Source: Armatimonadota bacterium (lineage in GTDB: Bacteria; Armatimonadota; Hebobacteria; CAIYQO01). Taken from it: a stretch of 64,000 bases of DNA. Shown here in pieces: positions 1 through 9,478 of this stretch. How positions within the stretch are numbered: position 1 is the first letter of the stretch; each line of letters opens with the position of its first letter. Below the pieces are notes generated by a model. That model was not told where the DNA came from, did not search any database, and was given only the letters and a program-made list of their open reading frames with translations. Location: NCBI GenBank assembly GCA_029553475.1, contig JAKPKV010000166.1, forward strand, positions 3,520 to 67,519. Direction: 5' to 3'. The position numbers were made by a program, and so were the translations under genes.

Positions 1-2
1 TC

Positions 3-407
3 GCCCGCCGCTCGCGCGGCACTCCGCGCATCGCCAACCGCCTGCTGCGCCGCGCGCGCGACTTCGCCCAGGTGAAGGCGGACGGCGTCATCACCCGCGA
101 GGTGGCGGACATCGCCCTCACCGCGCTGGGGGTGGACGGCCGCGGGCTGGACGAGCTGGACCGCAAGCTGCTGCGCACCATCATTGATTTTTACCAGGGC
201 GGCCCGGTGGGCGTGGAGGCGCTGGCCGCCACCCTCAACGAAGAGAGCGATACGCTGGTGGATATGGTGGAGCCGTTCCTGCTGAAGATCGGCTTCCTCA
301 GCCGCACCCCCAGCGGGCGCAAGACCACGCCGCTGGCCTACCAGCATTTTGGCCTGCAGCCCGGCCAATCCACGCTGCCGGGGCCGGGGAATTTGTTTAC
401 CGAATAG
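3..407 (+). CDS. ruvB: Holliday junction branch migration helicase RuvB, 3' part (truncated by window edge)
   Basis: Frame reads [24 protein letters not shown]...[11 protein letters not shown]...[18 protein letters not shown], the RuvB C-terminal signature motifs. Confidence 0.97.
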   Translation, partial: ARRSRGTPRIANRLLRRARDFAQVKADGVITREVADIALTALGVDGRGLDELDRKLLRTIIDFYQGGPVGVEALAATLNEESDTLVDMVEPFLLKIGFLSRTPSGRKTTPLAYQHFGLQPGQSTLPGPGNLFTE

Positions 408-498
408 TCGTCTGGCCGTTACCTGTGCGTCATCTTCCGCAATCTCCCGGCAACGTGGGGGTGAGATACTCCGGTATCCTAACCCGTTGGAGGTAGCG

Positions 499-1161
499 AT
501 GCGCACACTCGTCGCAACACTGTTGCTGGCAGCCGGCCTGGCCGCGTTTGCCACCCCGTCCACGCTGGTGACCATCCCCAGCACCGACATGCAGGCCGCG
601 GGCACCTGGCGCCTCGGCGCCGACACCGTGGTGCCGATGACGGCATCCGAATCGGTGCCGTTCTTCGACCTCGGCCTCACCTACGGCGCCTCGCCGCGCG
701 TGGAAGTCGGCGTGGACTTCATCAGCCCCGCCGACACCCCGCTCTGGCTCAACGCGAAGGTGCTGGTGCTCACCCCCGCGCGGTCGCCGGTGCCCGTCGC
801 CGTCGGCGTCTACAACTTCGGCACGAACGAGGCGGAGAACCAGCGCGTGCTGTATGCCGTGGGCAGCTACGTGCTCCCCGTCGCCGACGGCCTCCGCCTC
901 ACCGCCGGCGCGTGGCAGGCGAATGATAAAGCGGCCGCCATCGGCACGGAAGACACCGGCATCATGCTCGGGCTGGACACCACGATCGGCAAGTGGTGGC
1001 TGGGCGCCGATTATGTGAGCGGCGACAGCGCGCTTGGCTCGGTCAATGTCGGAGTTGGCTACGCCCTGACGGATTCCATCGGGGTTATACTGGGGTATGA
1101 TCATTACAATGCCTCGGGCGCGACCGACGCGGTGAATTTTCAGCTCGATGTCAATTTTTGA
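499..1161 (+). CDS. Exported protein, probable outer-membrane beta-barrel
   Basis: GGAGG RBS before ATG 499; Sec signal (MRTLVATLLLAAGLAAFA); amphipathic beta strands; terminal Phe (FQLDVNF). Confidence 0.7.
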   Translation: MRTLVATLLLAAGLAAFATPSTLVTIPSTDMQAAGTWRLGADTVVPMTASESVPFFDLGLTYGASPRVEVGVDFISPADTPLWLNAKVLVLTPARSPVPVAVGVYNFGTNEAENQRVLYAVGSYVLPVADGLRLTAGAWQANDKAAAIGTEDTGIMLGLDTTIGKWWLGADYVSGDSALGSVNVGVGYALTDSIGVILGYDHYNASGATDAVNFQLDVNF

Positions 1162-1218
1162 CCTGCCGCCGTCCTGTCAGGGATGACCACCGTGCGCCCA
1201 TGGGCGGAAAGGAGTCGT

Positions 1219-1389
1219 ATGAAGCCGGAAATTCAGCCCTTGCCCGCCCGCGAGCCGGGGGGCGCGCGCGGCAAAGAGGCCCGCGTCACCTGCCCGGTAT
1301 GCGGGGGAAGCGATAAACTGAAATGCACCCACGGCATGCTCGTCTGCACGCGCTGCTACTGGGCGACGGAATGGAAACAGGCCAGTTGA
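1219..1389 (+). CDS. Small zinc-ribbon protein (56 aa)
   Basis: AAGGAG RBS before ATG 1219; CPVC...CTRC cysteine pairs; followed by a hairpin. Confidence 0.55.
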   Translation: MKPEIQPLPAREPGGARGKEARVTCPVCGGSDKLKCTHGMLVCTRCYWATEWKQAS

Positions 1390-1409
1390 CGCACTGACAG
1401 ACCACCCAC

Positions 1410-1440
1410 GCGAGCCCGGCGGCCACCCCGCCGGGCTCGC
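1410..1440. terminator. GC-rich hairpin between convergent genes
   Basis: GCGAGCCCGGCGG-ccacc-CCGCCGGGCTCGC perfect stem. Confidence 0.6.
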
Positions 1441-1466
1441 GCGCTCAGCCCCCCGCTCGCGTTCGA

Positions 1467-2246
1467 CTACGGGCTCATCACCTGGCCGCCGGTGACGTTG
1501 ATCGCCTGGCCGGTCATGTAGCTGCTGGCGTCGCTGGCGAGGAAGACGACCATGTTGGTGATATCGTCGTAGCTGGCGCCGCGGCCCAGCGGCACCTGAC
1601 CCTCGTACATCTTGCGCACGTCCGCCACGCTCATGCCGCGGTTGCGCGCGTATTGCTCGAAGAGACTGTCCTGCCACAGCGGGCTGTCCAGCAGGTTGCC
1701 GGGGCAGATGGCGTTGGCGCGCGCGCCGTGCGGGGCCAGCTCCAGCGCCACCGACTGAATCAGGCCGATGGCGCCGAATTTCGACGCCGCGTACGCGCTG
1801 TTGCGGAAGGAGCCGCGCTTGCCGGATTTGGAGTTGATGGCGACGAGGGCGCCGCTCTGTTGCGTGATGAACTCGCGGGCGGCGTATTTACAGCAGAGCA
1901 TGGCGCCGACCAGGTTGACGTCAATCACCGTGCGCCACTTCGCCGCGTCCGCGTCTTCAATCGCCTCGGCGATGAGGATGCCGGCGTTGGCGACCATGAT
2001 ATCCAGCCGCCCCCAGCGCGCCACCGCGGCGGCGACCATCCCCGCCACCTGCGCTTCATCGGTGACGTCCACCGTATAGCTCATGGCCTCCGGCAGGTCC
2101 GCCGCCACCGTCGCGGCGTTCCCGCCGTTCAGATCGGCCACCAGCACTTTGCAGCCTTCCGCCGCCAGCCGCCGGCAAATCGCCTCGCCCAACCCCTGCC
2201 CGCCGCCGGTGACAATGGCGACGCGGCCCTCGATATTCGCTAACAT
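1467..2246 (-). CDS. srlD: SDR-family dehydrogenase, sorbitol-6-phosphate 2-dehydrogenase-like
   Basis: TGGGQGLG NAD motif, YAASKFG catalytic YxxxK, INSKSGK and GNLLDSPLW motifs typical of SrlD. Confidence 0.8.
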   Translation of the reverse strand: MLANIEGRVAIVTGGGQGLGEAICRRLAAEGCKVLVADLNGGNAATVAADLPEAMSYTVDVTDEAQVAGMVAAAVARWGRLDIMVANAGILIAEAIEDADAAKWRTVIDVNLVGAMLCCKYAAREFITQQSGALVAINSKSGKRGSFRNSAYAASKFGAIGLIQSVALELAPHGARANAICPGNLLDSPLWQDSLFEQYARNRGMSVADVRKMYEGQVPLGRGASYDDITNMVVFLASDASSYMTGQAINVTGGQVMSP

Positions 2247-2268
2247 CACATGTTCTCCCTTGGACTCG

Positions 2269-2481
2269 CTAGGCAAATTTCAAGCGCCCGATCGGCAACG
2301 GGATCGGCCGATTGAGCGATGTTGCCGTTTCGATCCACTCGTTGATGATGATCTCGGCGTTGGCCAGCGCTTCCTGATACGTGCCGCCATCGGCCATGCA
2401 ACCCGGTAGCTCCGGCACTTCGGCAATGAAGGCATTATCTTCATTGCTCCAGTAAATGATAATTTCGTATTTAATCATCAT
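2269..2481 (-). CDS. hicB: HicB family antitoxin
   Basis: YEIIIYWSNEDNAFIAEVPELPGCMADGGTYQEAL is the classic short HicB sequence. Confidence 0.92.
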   Translation of the reverse strand: MMIKYEIIIYWSNEDNAFIAEVPELPGCMADGGTYQEALANAEIIINEWIETATSLNRPIPLPIGRLKFA

Positions 2482-2723
2482 CGCCCCCCAACTGGTATCG
2501 CACCAGCAATTCTCGTACCTGCCTCACCTGATATGGCTTTGCATGATGTCCCAACGGCTGCAGGTTAAGAATTTCGACCACACCTTCGCGGGTGAAGATG
2601 TGATGACTCCCGCGTATACGCTCGGTGAAACCGAGTGATCTCAACAGCGCACACAGTTCGCTGAAATCAATGTCAGCATTCGCCGCGCAATATCCGATTG
2701 ATCAGCCGCGAAAACTTTGTCAT
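2471..2723 (-). pseudogene. hicA: HicA family toxin with frameshift near 2680
   Basis: ATG 2723 gives MTKFSRLINRILRGEC*; the +1 frame continues ANADIDFSELCALLRSLGFTERIRGSHHIFTREGVVEILNLQPLGHHAKPYQVRQVR...GGDDD* (HicA GSH motif); span 253 nt, not a multiple of 3. Confidence 0.85.
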
Positions 2724-2873
2724 CAGGCTATCCTGCCTTCAGTATAACATGGCTCACTATTACCCGCCGACTTTTTCAGCAAACCCGACTCCGCTGACGC
2801 GTTCAGGCGCTCCAGCGCGGACGGGGGGAGAGCGCGGCGTGTCCCGGCTATCCGCGTCCAATAATGCTTTCAC

Positions 2874-3455
2874 TCACCGGGCGCGCAACTCCTGCTCCGC
2901 CGTGCGTTCAAGCGTCAACTCCATATAATATTCCGGCTCCTCGGCGAAGCCGCGGGCGGGGTCGGGCTGGCGGGTTTGCTCGCGGACGACGGTGAAGCCC
3001 ATGCTGGTGTAGAGTTTCACGGCGCGGGTGTTGGCGAGCTGCACGGTGAGGGACATGACCCGTGGGCCGACCTCGCGGGCGATGGCCAGCAGGCGGGTCA
3101 TCAGCGCGCGGCCCAGGCGCTGTCCCTGATAGGCCGGGCGGAGGCAGATGCCGAAGATGCTGGCCGGCGCGCCGTCGCTCCAGCGATACCAGGCGTAGCC
3201 CGCGATGCGCCGGTCCGCCGTTTCCGCCACCAGCACCACCTCCGTGGGACTGTCCGCGCGGCTGGCGTTGCGCAGCGCGTGTTCCCGGTCCAGCGGATAG
3301 GGGCAGTAGAAGCGGATATGCTCCGGCGGGATGTCCGCGTAGCAGTCCGCCAGCGCCTCGCCGTCCGCCGTGGTCAGCGGGCGGAGGTGGACCGTCTGGC
3401 CGTTCTTCAATACTATCGCCACGCCGGGAAAGCGTGCGTGATCCGCCGGGAGCAT
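2874..3455 (-). CDS. GNAT family N-acetyltransferase
   Basis: AAGGAGG RBS before ATG 3455; AYQGQRLGRALM acetyl-CoA motif, NTRAVKLYTSMGF. Confidence 0.9.
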   Translation of the reverse strand: MLPADHARFPGVAIVLKNGQTVHLRPLTTADGEALADCYADIPPEHIRFYCPYPLDREHALRNASRADSPTEVVLVAETADRRIAGYAWYRWSDGAPASIFGICLRPAYQGQRLGRALMTRLLAIAREVGPRVMSLTVQLANTRAVKLYTSMGFTVVREQTRQPDPARGFAEEPEYYMELTLERTAEQELRAR

Positions 3456-3514
3456 GGCGCCTCCTTTGTGAGAGCCGTCGGTGTCGTGCGAAGTGCAACT
3501 CCGCGGCCCCAGGG

Positions 3515-4798
3515 TTATTCGGTTCGCGCGTCTGCCATCTCGCGCAGCATCGCCAGGTTGGCCTCCAGCAGCATCGCGCTGCCGCGCGGGGCGACGAGGG
3601 TGACGGTGGAGATGAGGCTTTCGTAGCCGCCGGCCTGCCAGGCTTGCTCGGTGATGAGGTACCCCAGGGCGCCGTTCGCCAGCTCCACCGGGTAGGTCCA
3701 CGGGAAGGGGCTCTCCGCCTTCACGCGCAGGCCGAGCTCCACGAAGAGCTCGCCGGGGAAGGTGGCGAAGGCGACGTCGCCGATATGGAAGGCGGCGGCG
3801 CGCGCCGGCAGCGCCTGGGGGTCGAGCCGCCGCAGATCGCGCTGCGTGTCGCGGAAGAACGCCTGCTCGCGCGGCGCCCACTGCGCGGCGCGCAGCCGGT
3901 CCTCGCTATCCAGATGCACGTCGCGCGGCGGCAGGCACAGCGCGCGCTGGCGCACCCCCAGCACCGGCGTCAGTTCACGCCCGCCGGCATCCAGGCGGGC
4001 GATGATCGTCTCCGCCAGTGCCTCGCCGATCTCGCGGGTGGGGCGTATCGGATTCAGGTCGCCGCAGGCGCCTGGCATGAAGAGGGTGATGACGCCGGGT
4101 CCGTAGCGCTCGCGCAGCCGCGCCGCCACCACCGCCGGGTAGTCGCCGCTGAACGCGGACCCCCAGCGCGCATTCGCGTGCAGCGCGAAGGTGTAGAGCA
4201 CGGCGCGCACGCCGCCGTCGTCCGCGAAGGCGACGATGCCCACCTCCGGGTCAATGGGTCCGGCGGCGCCCACGGCCTGCACGTCCTCCTCGCCGCCGTG
4301 CAGCAGCCAGGTGTTGATCTCGCGGCCGTCTTTGTAGCGCAGGCGGCGGTTATGCGCCAGATCGCAGCAGTAGCCCCGCGCCCGGCGGGCGCGCATCGGC
4401 GCTTTCGCCGCGTCGGCGCGGCGCACGCACTCGGCGAAGCGCGCGAGGAGGGTCTCCCGCCAGGCGTAGTCCACCGGATCCGGCTCGGTGCTCGGCAAGT
4501 AGTTCACCGTGGCCGGCCCGCTGTGGGTGTGCGAGCAGCTCCAGACGATATGGCCGGCGGGGATGCCCGTCGCCGCCTCCGCCGCCGCCGTCAGGCGCGC
4601 CCCGAAGGCGCCGTCCAGCGCGATCAGATCGAAGATGGCGTACGCCAGCCGCGTGCGCCCGTCGTCCAGCACCAGCGCCTTCACGTACAGCGGGTCATAC
4701 ACCCCGGTGGACGCCCGGGGCTGCAGCGCCCCCGCCATCAACGCGCCGACCGGCGGCGTGATCTCCACTTCAGCGGCGCCGACGAGGAGGTGAGACAT
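3515..4798 (-). CDS. Neutral/alkaline ceramidase N-terminal domain-like amidohydrolase
   Basis: GAAEVEITPP, DPLYVKALVL, CSHTHSGP, ALHAN, SGDYP, PGELFVELG motifs. Confidence 0.8.
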   Translation of the reverse strand: MSHLLVGAAEVEITPPVGALMAGALQPRASTGVYDPLYVKALVLDDGRTRLAYAIFDLIALDGAFGARLTAAAEAATGIPAGHIVWSCSHTHSGPATVNYLPSTEPDPVDYAWRETLLARFAECVRRADAAKAPMRARRARGYCCDLAHNRRLRYKDGREINTWLLHGGEEDVQAVGAAGPIDPEVGIVAFADDGGVRAVLYTFALHANARWGSAFSGDYPAVVAARLRERYGPGVITLFMPGACGDLNPIRPTREIGEALAETIIARLDAGGRELTPVLGVRQRALCLPPRDVHLDSEDRLRAAQWAPREQAFFRDTQRDLRRLDPQALPARAAAFHIGDVAFATFPGELFVELGLRVKAESPFPWTYPVELANGALGYLITEQAWQAGGYESLISTVTLVAPRGSAMLLEANLAMLREMADARTE

Positions 4799-4873
4799 GG
4801 GTCGCTCCTTAGTCCGAGAGGGTAGGCCCTGCCCCCGCGTAAGGGGAAAAGGCGCTACGGGGTACGGGGAAAT

Positions 4874-5839
4874 TTACGGTCCTGGCGAGAGAGAGAGACA
4901 ACGGAACCCAACGTTGATGCTCCAGTAGTCCGGGCTGAAGTAGTAGCGGAGCGCGCCGCGGCAGTAGCCCTCGCCGTTGAGCCACGAGCCGCCCCGCAGC
5001 ACACGGTTATCGCCCGTCGCCGGGCCGGTGGGGTTGCGTGACGGCGCCGTCTTGTAGTAATCGGACTGGTACCAATCCGCGCACCACTCCCACACATTGC
5101 CCGCCAGGTCGTGCGCCCCGCACCAGCTTACACCCACCGGAAAACTCCCGGCCGGCCAGGTGCTGATGTCCTTGCTGGATGAGTTGGAGGAGTTCGCACA
5201 CTTCGCCCCGTCCCAGGCGTTCCCCCACGGGTAGAGGCGCCCGTCCGTCCCCCGCGCCGCTTTCTCCCACTGCGCCTCTGGGGGGAGTGACACGCCCGCC
5301 CAGTCCGCGTAGGCTGTCGCGTCGTGCCAGGTCACGTTCACGATGGGGTGCCCCTGCAGCGCCGTGTCCGTCCAGCCGCCCTTTCCCGCCCAACTCCGGC
5401 CGGGGGGGAAGCGCGGCAGCGCCCGCCCCGTGGCTTGACAAAACGCCCGGTATTGCGCCACCGTCACCTCGTACTTGTAGATCCAGTAGCCGTCCAGGTA
5501 GACGCGGCGCTGGGGACGCTCATCGCTGAAGCCCTCCTTGTCCGTGCTCCCCATCAAAAACTCCCCCGCCGGAACCCACGCCATCACCGCGCCATCCTTC
5601 GGGTTCGTCCGCGCTTTCGCGCGCGCCGGCGGCGGCTCCTGGCCCTTCCACGGCCCAGGGCGCAAGCCGTAGCCGATGGCCGTCAGCGCGAGGAGAAAGA
5701 ACAGGCCGGCGAGGAAGATGCCATAGCGCTTGAGGGGCCGTCCTGGGTGGGCGCGCGCGTGCAGCGCCGTCTCCGCCCCGCAGGCCGGGCAGGTGAGCGC
5801 GCCGGGAGGGAGGTGGTGGCCGCAGTGGTGGCAACTCAT
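4874..5839 (-). CDS. Membrane-anchored protein: N-terminal zinc ribbon, TM helix, FGE-sulfatase (SUMF1/CLec-fold) domain
   Basis: CHHC..CPAC, hydrophobic segment, FLMGS, YEVTVAQY, EAQWEKAARG, DLAGNVWEW, RVLRGGSW, GFR. Confidence 0.9.
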   Translation of the reverse strand: MSCHHCGHHLPPGALTCPACGAETALHARAHPGRPLKRYGIFLAGLFFLLALTAIGYGLRPGPWKGQEPPPARAKARTNPKDGAVMAWVPAGEFLMGSTDKEGFSDERPQRRVYLDGYWIYKYEVTVAQYRAFCQATGRALPRFPPGRSWAGKGGWTDTALQGHPIVNVTWHDATAYADWAGVSLPPEAQWEKAARGTDGRLYPWGNAWDGAKCANSSNSSSKDISTWPAGSFPVGVSWCGAHDLAGNVWEWCADWYQSDYYKTAPSRNPTGPATGDNRVLRGGSWLNGEGYCRGALRYYFSPDYWSINVGFRCLSLSPGP

Positions 5840-6267
5840 CGTTCACGCTCTATGCCAGTCTGTTTGCAAATCCGGCGCTTGTACGCCGGGTCTTCCGCTG
5901 CAATGGAATCGCCTTCCTCCCAACAGTATTCCTCTGCTGCCGTTGCTGTCAAACCGGTCGCCTCACTCTTGTTGCCCGCGGGCGCGCGGCGATCCGCCGC
6001 GCCGCCCATCCCGGCTCCATGCCCGCCCGCCCGCGGCGCCGTTGACCGCCGCCCGCCCCCGGTGATAGGATGGGTGAAATGCACACACGTAAGAAACTCT
6101 CTCAACATGGATCGCAACCGGATTGCGGAGGATTTTGCGTGTCTGGCAAGGCGGATGTCCGAAGAGTGTATGAGGCCATACATGCTCGGACATCCAACGC
6201 GGCCAGGCGCGAAAAAGACCCGCAAGACGGCTGCGAGACGTGTTGAGAGAGTTTCTAAAGGAGCCGT

Positions 6268-8139
6268 ATGCCTGAATCCTTTTCCCTCGCGGTCGCGGCG
6301 CTGCCGGTTGATGAGCTGATGCGCGTGCTGGAGGCGGATGCGCCGGCGCTGCGCGCGTATCTGGGGCGGGAGATTTACGCGCAGGAGGACCCCGCCTACC
6401 TGGAGGCGGGGCGGGCGCGGCTGCTGGAGACGCTGCGGCTGCACCGCGAGCGGGTCGGGAACCGGCCGACGTGGCTGCTGCGCGCGCCGGGGCGGCTGAA
6501 CGCCTTCCTCGAATACCTGGACATGTGCGACGGCGACCATATGTCCACCACCATTGACGGCGACATCCCCATCGCGGTGTCGCCGCGCGAGGACGATCTG
6601 CTGGACGTGGGCAACACCCATCCCCTCTTCCCGCCGCAGCGGCTCGCGGTGCGCGCGGCCTTTCGTGACTTCACCGAGGCGCCCTTCGCCACGAAAGCGG
6701 TGGCGGGGATGGCGGACAACTGGGACACGCGCTCGCTGCTCTTCCCCTACTACGGGCGCGAGCAGGGGCACTGGCTGAACTACGTGCTGAGCCCCTACAT
6801 GCGCGTGCTGTGGGAGCATCCGGAGCTGCCGCTGTGCGGGGCGGACATCACCTTCGGCCCGGCCACTGTGCCCTTCCGCGCCGGCACCAGCTCCTCCTCG
6901 GCGGTGGTGGTGCTCGCCTTCCTGGCGATGTGGCTGACGAACCGCGAGCATCTGCCGGCGTGGTCGAAGACGGAGGTCTGCCGCCTGCTGGGCGAGGCGG
7001 AGTGGTACGTGGGCACGCACGGCGGCGCCAATGACCAGATGACCATCCTGCTGAATCCGGCGAACAGCGTCAGCTACAACCGCCACTCGCGCGCCGAGCT
7101 CGGCTCCACCCCGCTGCCCTTCCTGCGCGGCGTGCACGTGGTGCTGGCCAATTCGCTGTGGGAAGTGAACAAGAGCGCCGGCGGCAACCAGAGTTTCAAT
7201 ATGCGCAAGGGCTGGATGCAGATGGGCGACGAGCTGGCGCGGCTGGTCATCGCCGCCGCCTACGCGGCCATCCAAGCGGGCGCGGCGGCGCAGCCGGGCT
7301 GGCTGACGGCGCTGATGGCGCGCAAGTTCAATTTCACCCCCGGCCAGCCGCCGGAGCTGCTGGAGCGCCGCCCGGACTACTGGGAGCAACTCGCCACCAA
7401 ATACCACAAGTTCGGCAGCCTGCACGAGGAGATCCTCGGCATTCCCGCGGCGGCCATCGAGGAGTTCATCGCGATCCTGCCGGTGAAGATCACCCCGGCG
7501 GAGGCGGGCAAGATCCTCGGCCTGCGCCGCGAGGCGGTCGAGCGCATCTACACCTCCCCCCGCCGCGACATTGGCGGCTATCACATCCGCACCACCGCGC
7601 GGTTTTTCCACCGGCAGAATATCATCGGCCGCCGGCTGGAGGCGATCTTCCTTGAGGCGGAGGCGCGCATCGCCGCCGGCGACCTCACCCCGGACTCCCC
7701 GGACTACGACACCTACCGCCATGAAGTGGGCGTGCTGGTGGACGATCTGCAGGACGCCCTCACCTTCGATTTTCGCGTCTCCGTGCCGCAGCTCGACCTG
7801 CTGCTCAGCATCGCCAAGCGCGGCCCCGGCTACCTGGGCGGCAAGCTGACCGGCGCCGGCAAGGGCGGCTGCGTCTCCATCCTGACGCGCGGCGAGTCCT
7901 CCCACGCCATGTGCGCTTATCTCGACCGCGAATACTACGGCAAGCCGGAGCGTTTCGAGACCTACCGCCAGATGCTGGAAGACGACCTGCGCTACAGCGC
8001 CCCCGGCAGCCGCGAGTATGAGTCCGCCCAGGAGCGCCTGCATATCCTCGAGTCCGCCCTCGCCCACATCACCGATCAGCGCCGCGTGGTCACCTTCAGC
8101 CGCGGCGCCTGCCCGCTGGAGCTGGGAGGGAAGGGGTGA
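6268..8139 (+). CDS. GHMP-family sugar kinase (galactokinase-like, enlarged)
   Basis: AAGGAG RBS; APGRLN, PFRAGTSSSSA, GGANDQ, GGKLTGAGKGGC motifs. Confidence 0.8.
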   Translation: MPESFSLAVAALPVDELMRVLEADAPALRAYLGREIYAQEDPAYLEAGRARLLETLRLHRERVGNRPTWLLRAPGRLNAFLEYLDMCDGDHMSTTIDGDIPIAVSPREDDLLDVGNTHPLFPPQRLAVRAAFRDFTEAPFATKAVAGMADNWDTRSLLFPYYGREQGHWLNYVLSPYMRVLWEHPELPLCGADITFGPATVPFRAGTSSSSAVVVLAFLAMWLTNREHLPAWSKTEVCRLLGEAEWYVGTHGGANDQMTILLNPANSVSYNRHSRAELGSTPLPFLRGVHVVLANSLWEVNKSAGGNQSFNMRKGWMQMGDELARLVIAAAYAAIQAGAAAQPGWLTALMARKFNFTPGQPPELLERRPDYWEQLATKYHKFGSLHEEILGIPAAAIEEFIAILPVKITPAEAGKILGLRREAVERIYTSPRRDIGGYHIRTTARFFHRQNIIGRRLEAIFLEAEARIAAGDLTPDSPDYDTYRHEVGVLVDDLQDALTFDFRVSVPQLDLLLSIAKRGPGYLGGKLTGAGKGGCVSILTRGESSHAMCAYLDREYYGKPERFETYRQMLEDDLRYSAPGSREYESAQERLHILESALAHITDQRRVVTFSRGACPLELGGKG

Positions 8140-8140
8140 C

Positions 8141-8324
8141 GGGGCGTATGCGCCACGATAGGGTTCGCGTATCCTTCGTACTCGTACTCATCGGAGCGCC
8201 CATTGGAGCGCGGACATCCTGTCCGCACGTATCTGATTTCGAGTACGACTACGAGCACGAGTACGAGCACGAGTACGAGCACGAGTACGAGACGAGCGCT
8301 GACGCGCTGATGGCGCGTATGGGG
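8141..8324 (+). repeat. Dispersed intergenic repeat with GAGTAC/GAGCAC hexamer array, copy 1
   Basis: Matches the reverse complement of 15263-15413; internal palindrome GCGGACATCCTGTCCGC. Confidence 0.9.
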
Positions 8325-8341
8325 TGAAGGCGGGGGGACGC

Positions 8342-9322
8342 ATGACACGCATCGCCTGTATTGGCGCGGGAGGTATGGCGCGGGTGCGCGGGAAGGCGCT
8401 GCGGGCGGCGGGGGCGGAGATCGTCGCCGTCGCCGCGCGGCACGAGGAGACGGCGCGCGCCTGCGCGGAGGCATTGGGCTGCGACAGGTGGACGGATGAG
8501 TACCGCCTGGTGCTGGACGCGCGGCCTGACGCCGTGCTGGTGGAGGTGCCGCACGCCGCGCAGCAGGGGATCGTGGCCTGGGCGCTGGCGCGGGGGCTGC
8601 ACGTCTTCATCGGCGGCGCGCTGGCGGGGTCGGCCGCCGAGGGGGAGGAGATTCGCGCGCTGGCCGCGCGGCGGGGTCTGGTGGTGGAGGCCGGCTACCA
8701 GGCGCGCTACCAGGATCTGTTCGAGACGGCGAAGGTGATGCTGCGGGCGGGCGCGCTGGGCGAGCTCGTGGCGGTGCGCAGCATCGCGCTGTGGGGCGGC
8801 GACCCGGCGACGTGGTACTACGATCAGGCGATGAGCGGCGGCATGCCCCTCACGCACATGACTTACGCCTTCATCAACCCCGTGCGCTGGCTGCTGGACG
8901 CCGACCCGCGCTGCGTCTCCGCCTTCGCCAACCGGAAAAAGCACACCGCGCCGCACCTCATCGCCGAGGAAACCTGCGTGGCGACCCTGCTGTTCCCCGC
9001 GGATGTGCCGTACACCCTCACCGCCGGCTTCGTGAAGCCGGACGCGCTGCCGGCGTGGAGCATCACCCTCATCGGCACCGCGGGCGCGCTGGAGCTCTTC
9101 CCCGACGACATGGAGCCCGGCCGCTATACCGCGTACCTCGGCGGGGAGCCGCGGACGGTCCCATGCGCCAGCGACGGCTTCACCGCGCAGGCCGCCGCCT
9201 TCCTCGCCGCCATGCGCGGGGAGGAGGCCTGCCGCAACGCCCCGGAAGCGACCCTCGGCGACCTGCGGGTCGCCGAGGCGATTGTCGAATCGGCGCGGAC
9301 GACGCGGACGATCGCGTTATAA
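8342..9322 (+). CDS. Gfo/Idh/MocA family oxidoreductase
   Basis: RIACIGAGGMA Rossmann motif, GYQARY, SGG...H catalytic region. Confidence 0.88.
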   Translation: MTRIACIGAGGMARVRGKALRAAGAEIVAVAARHEETARACAEALGCDRWTDEYRLVLDARPDAVLVEVPHAAQQGIVAWALARGLHVFIGGALAGSAAEGEEIRALAARRGLVVEAGYQARYQDLFETAKVMLRAGALGELVAVRSIALWGGDPATWYYDQAMSGGMPLTHMTYAFINPVRWLLDADPRCVSAFANRKKHTAPHLIAEETCVATLLFPADVPYTLTAGFVKPDALPAWSITLIGTAGALELFPDDMEPGRYTAYLGGEPRTVPCASDGFTAQAAAFLAAMRGEEACRNAPEATLGDLRVAEAIVESARTTRTIAL

Positions 9323-9478
9323 GTCAGGTTCCCGATAAAATCGGAACGCACACTCGGTCCCGCCGGGACTGACTGCGCATGGCCGGATGCGCACCCGGTG
9401 GCATCGCTGCCGCCCCGTGTCGGGCGCCATCCAGCCATGCCATGCGGAGTCTGTCCCTTCCGCGCCGGCGCCGCCGGG

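Noticed and set aside
8240..8290. Possible CRISPR array
   Set aside because: Simple 6-bp tandem repeats without spacers; no cas genes in the window
8136..8327. ORF encoding EYEHEYEHEY repeats (and its LVLVLV antisense frame)
   Set aside because: Translation of the hexamer repeat element; the same reading is not preserved intact in copy 2
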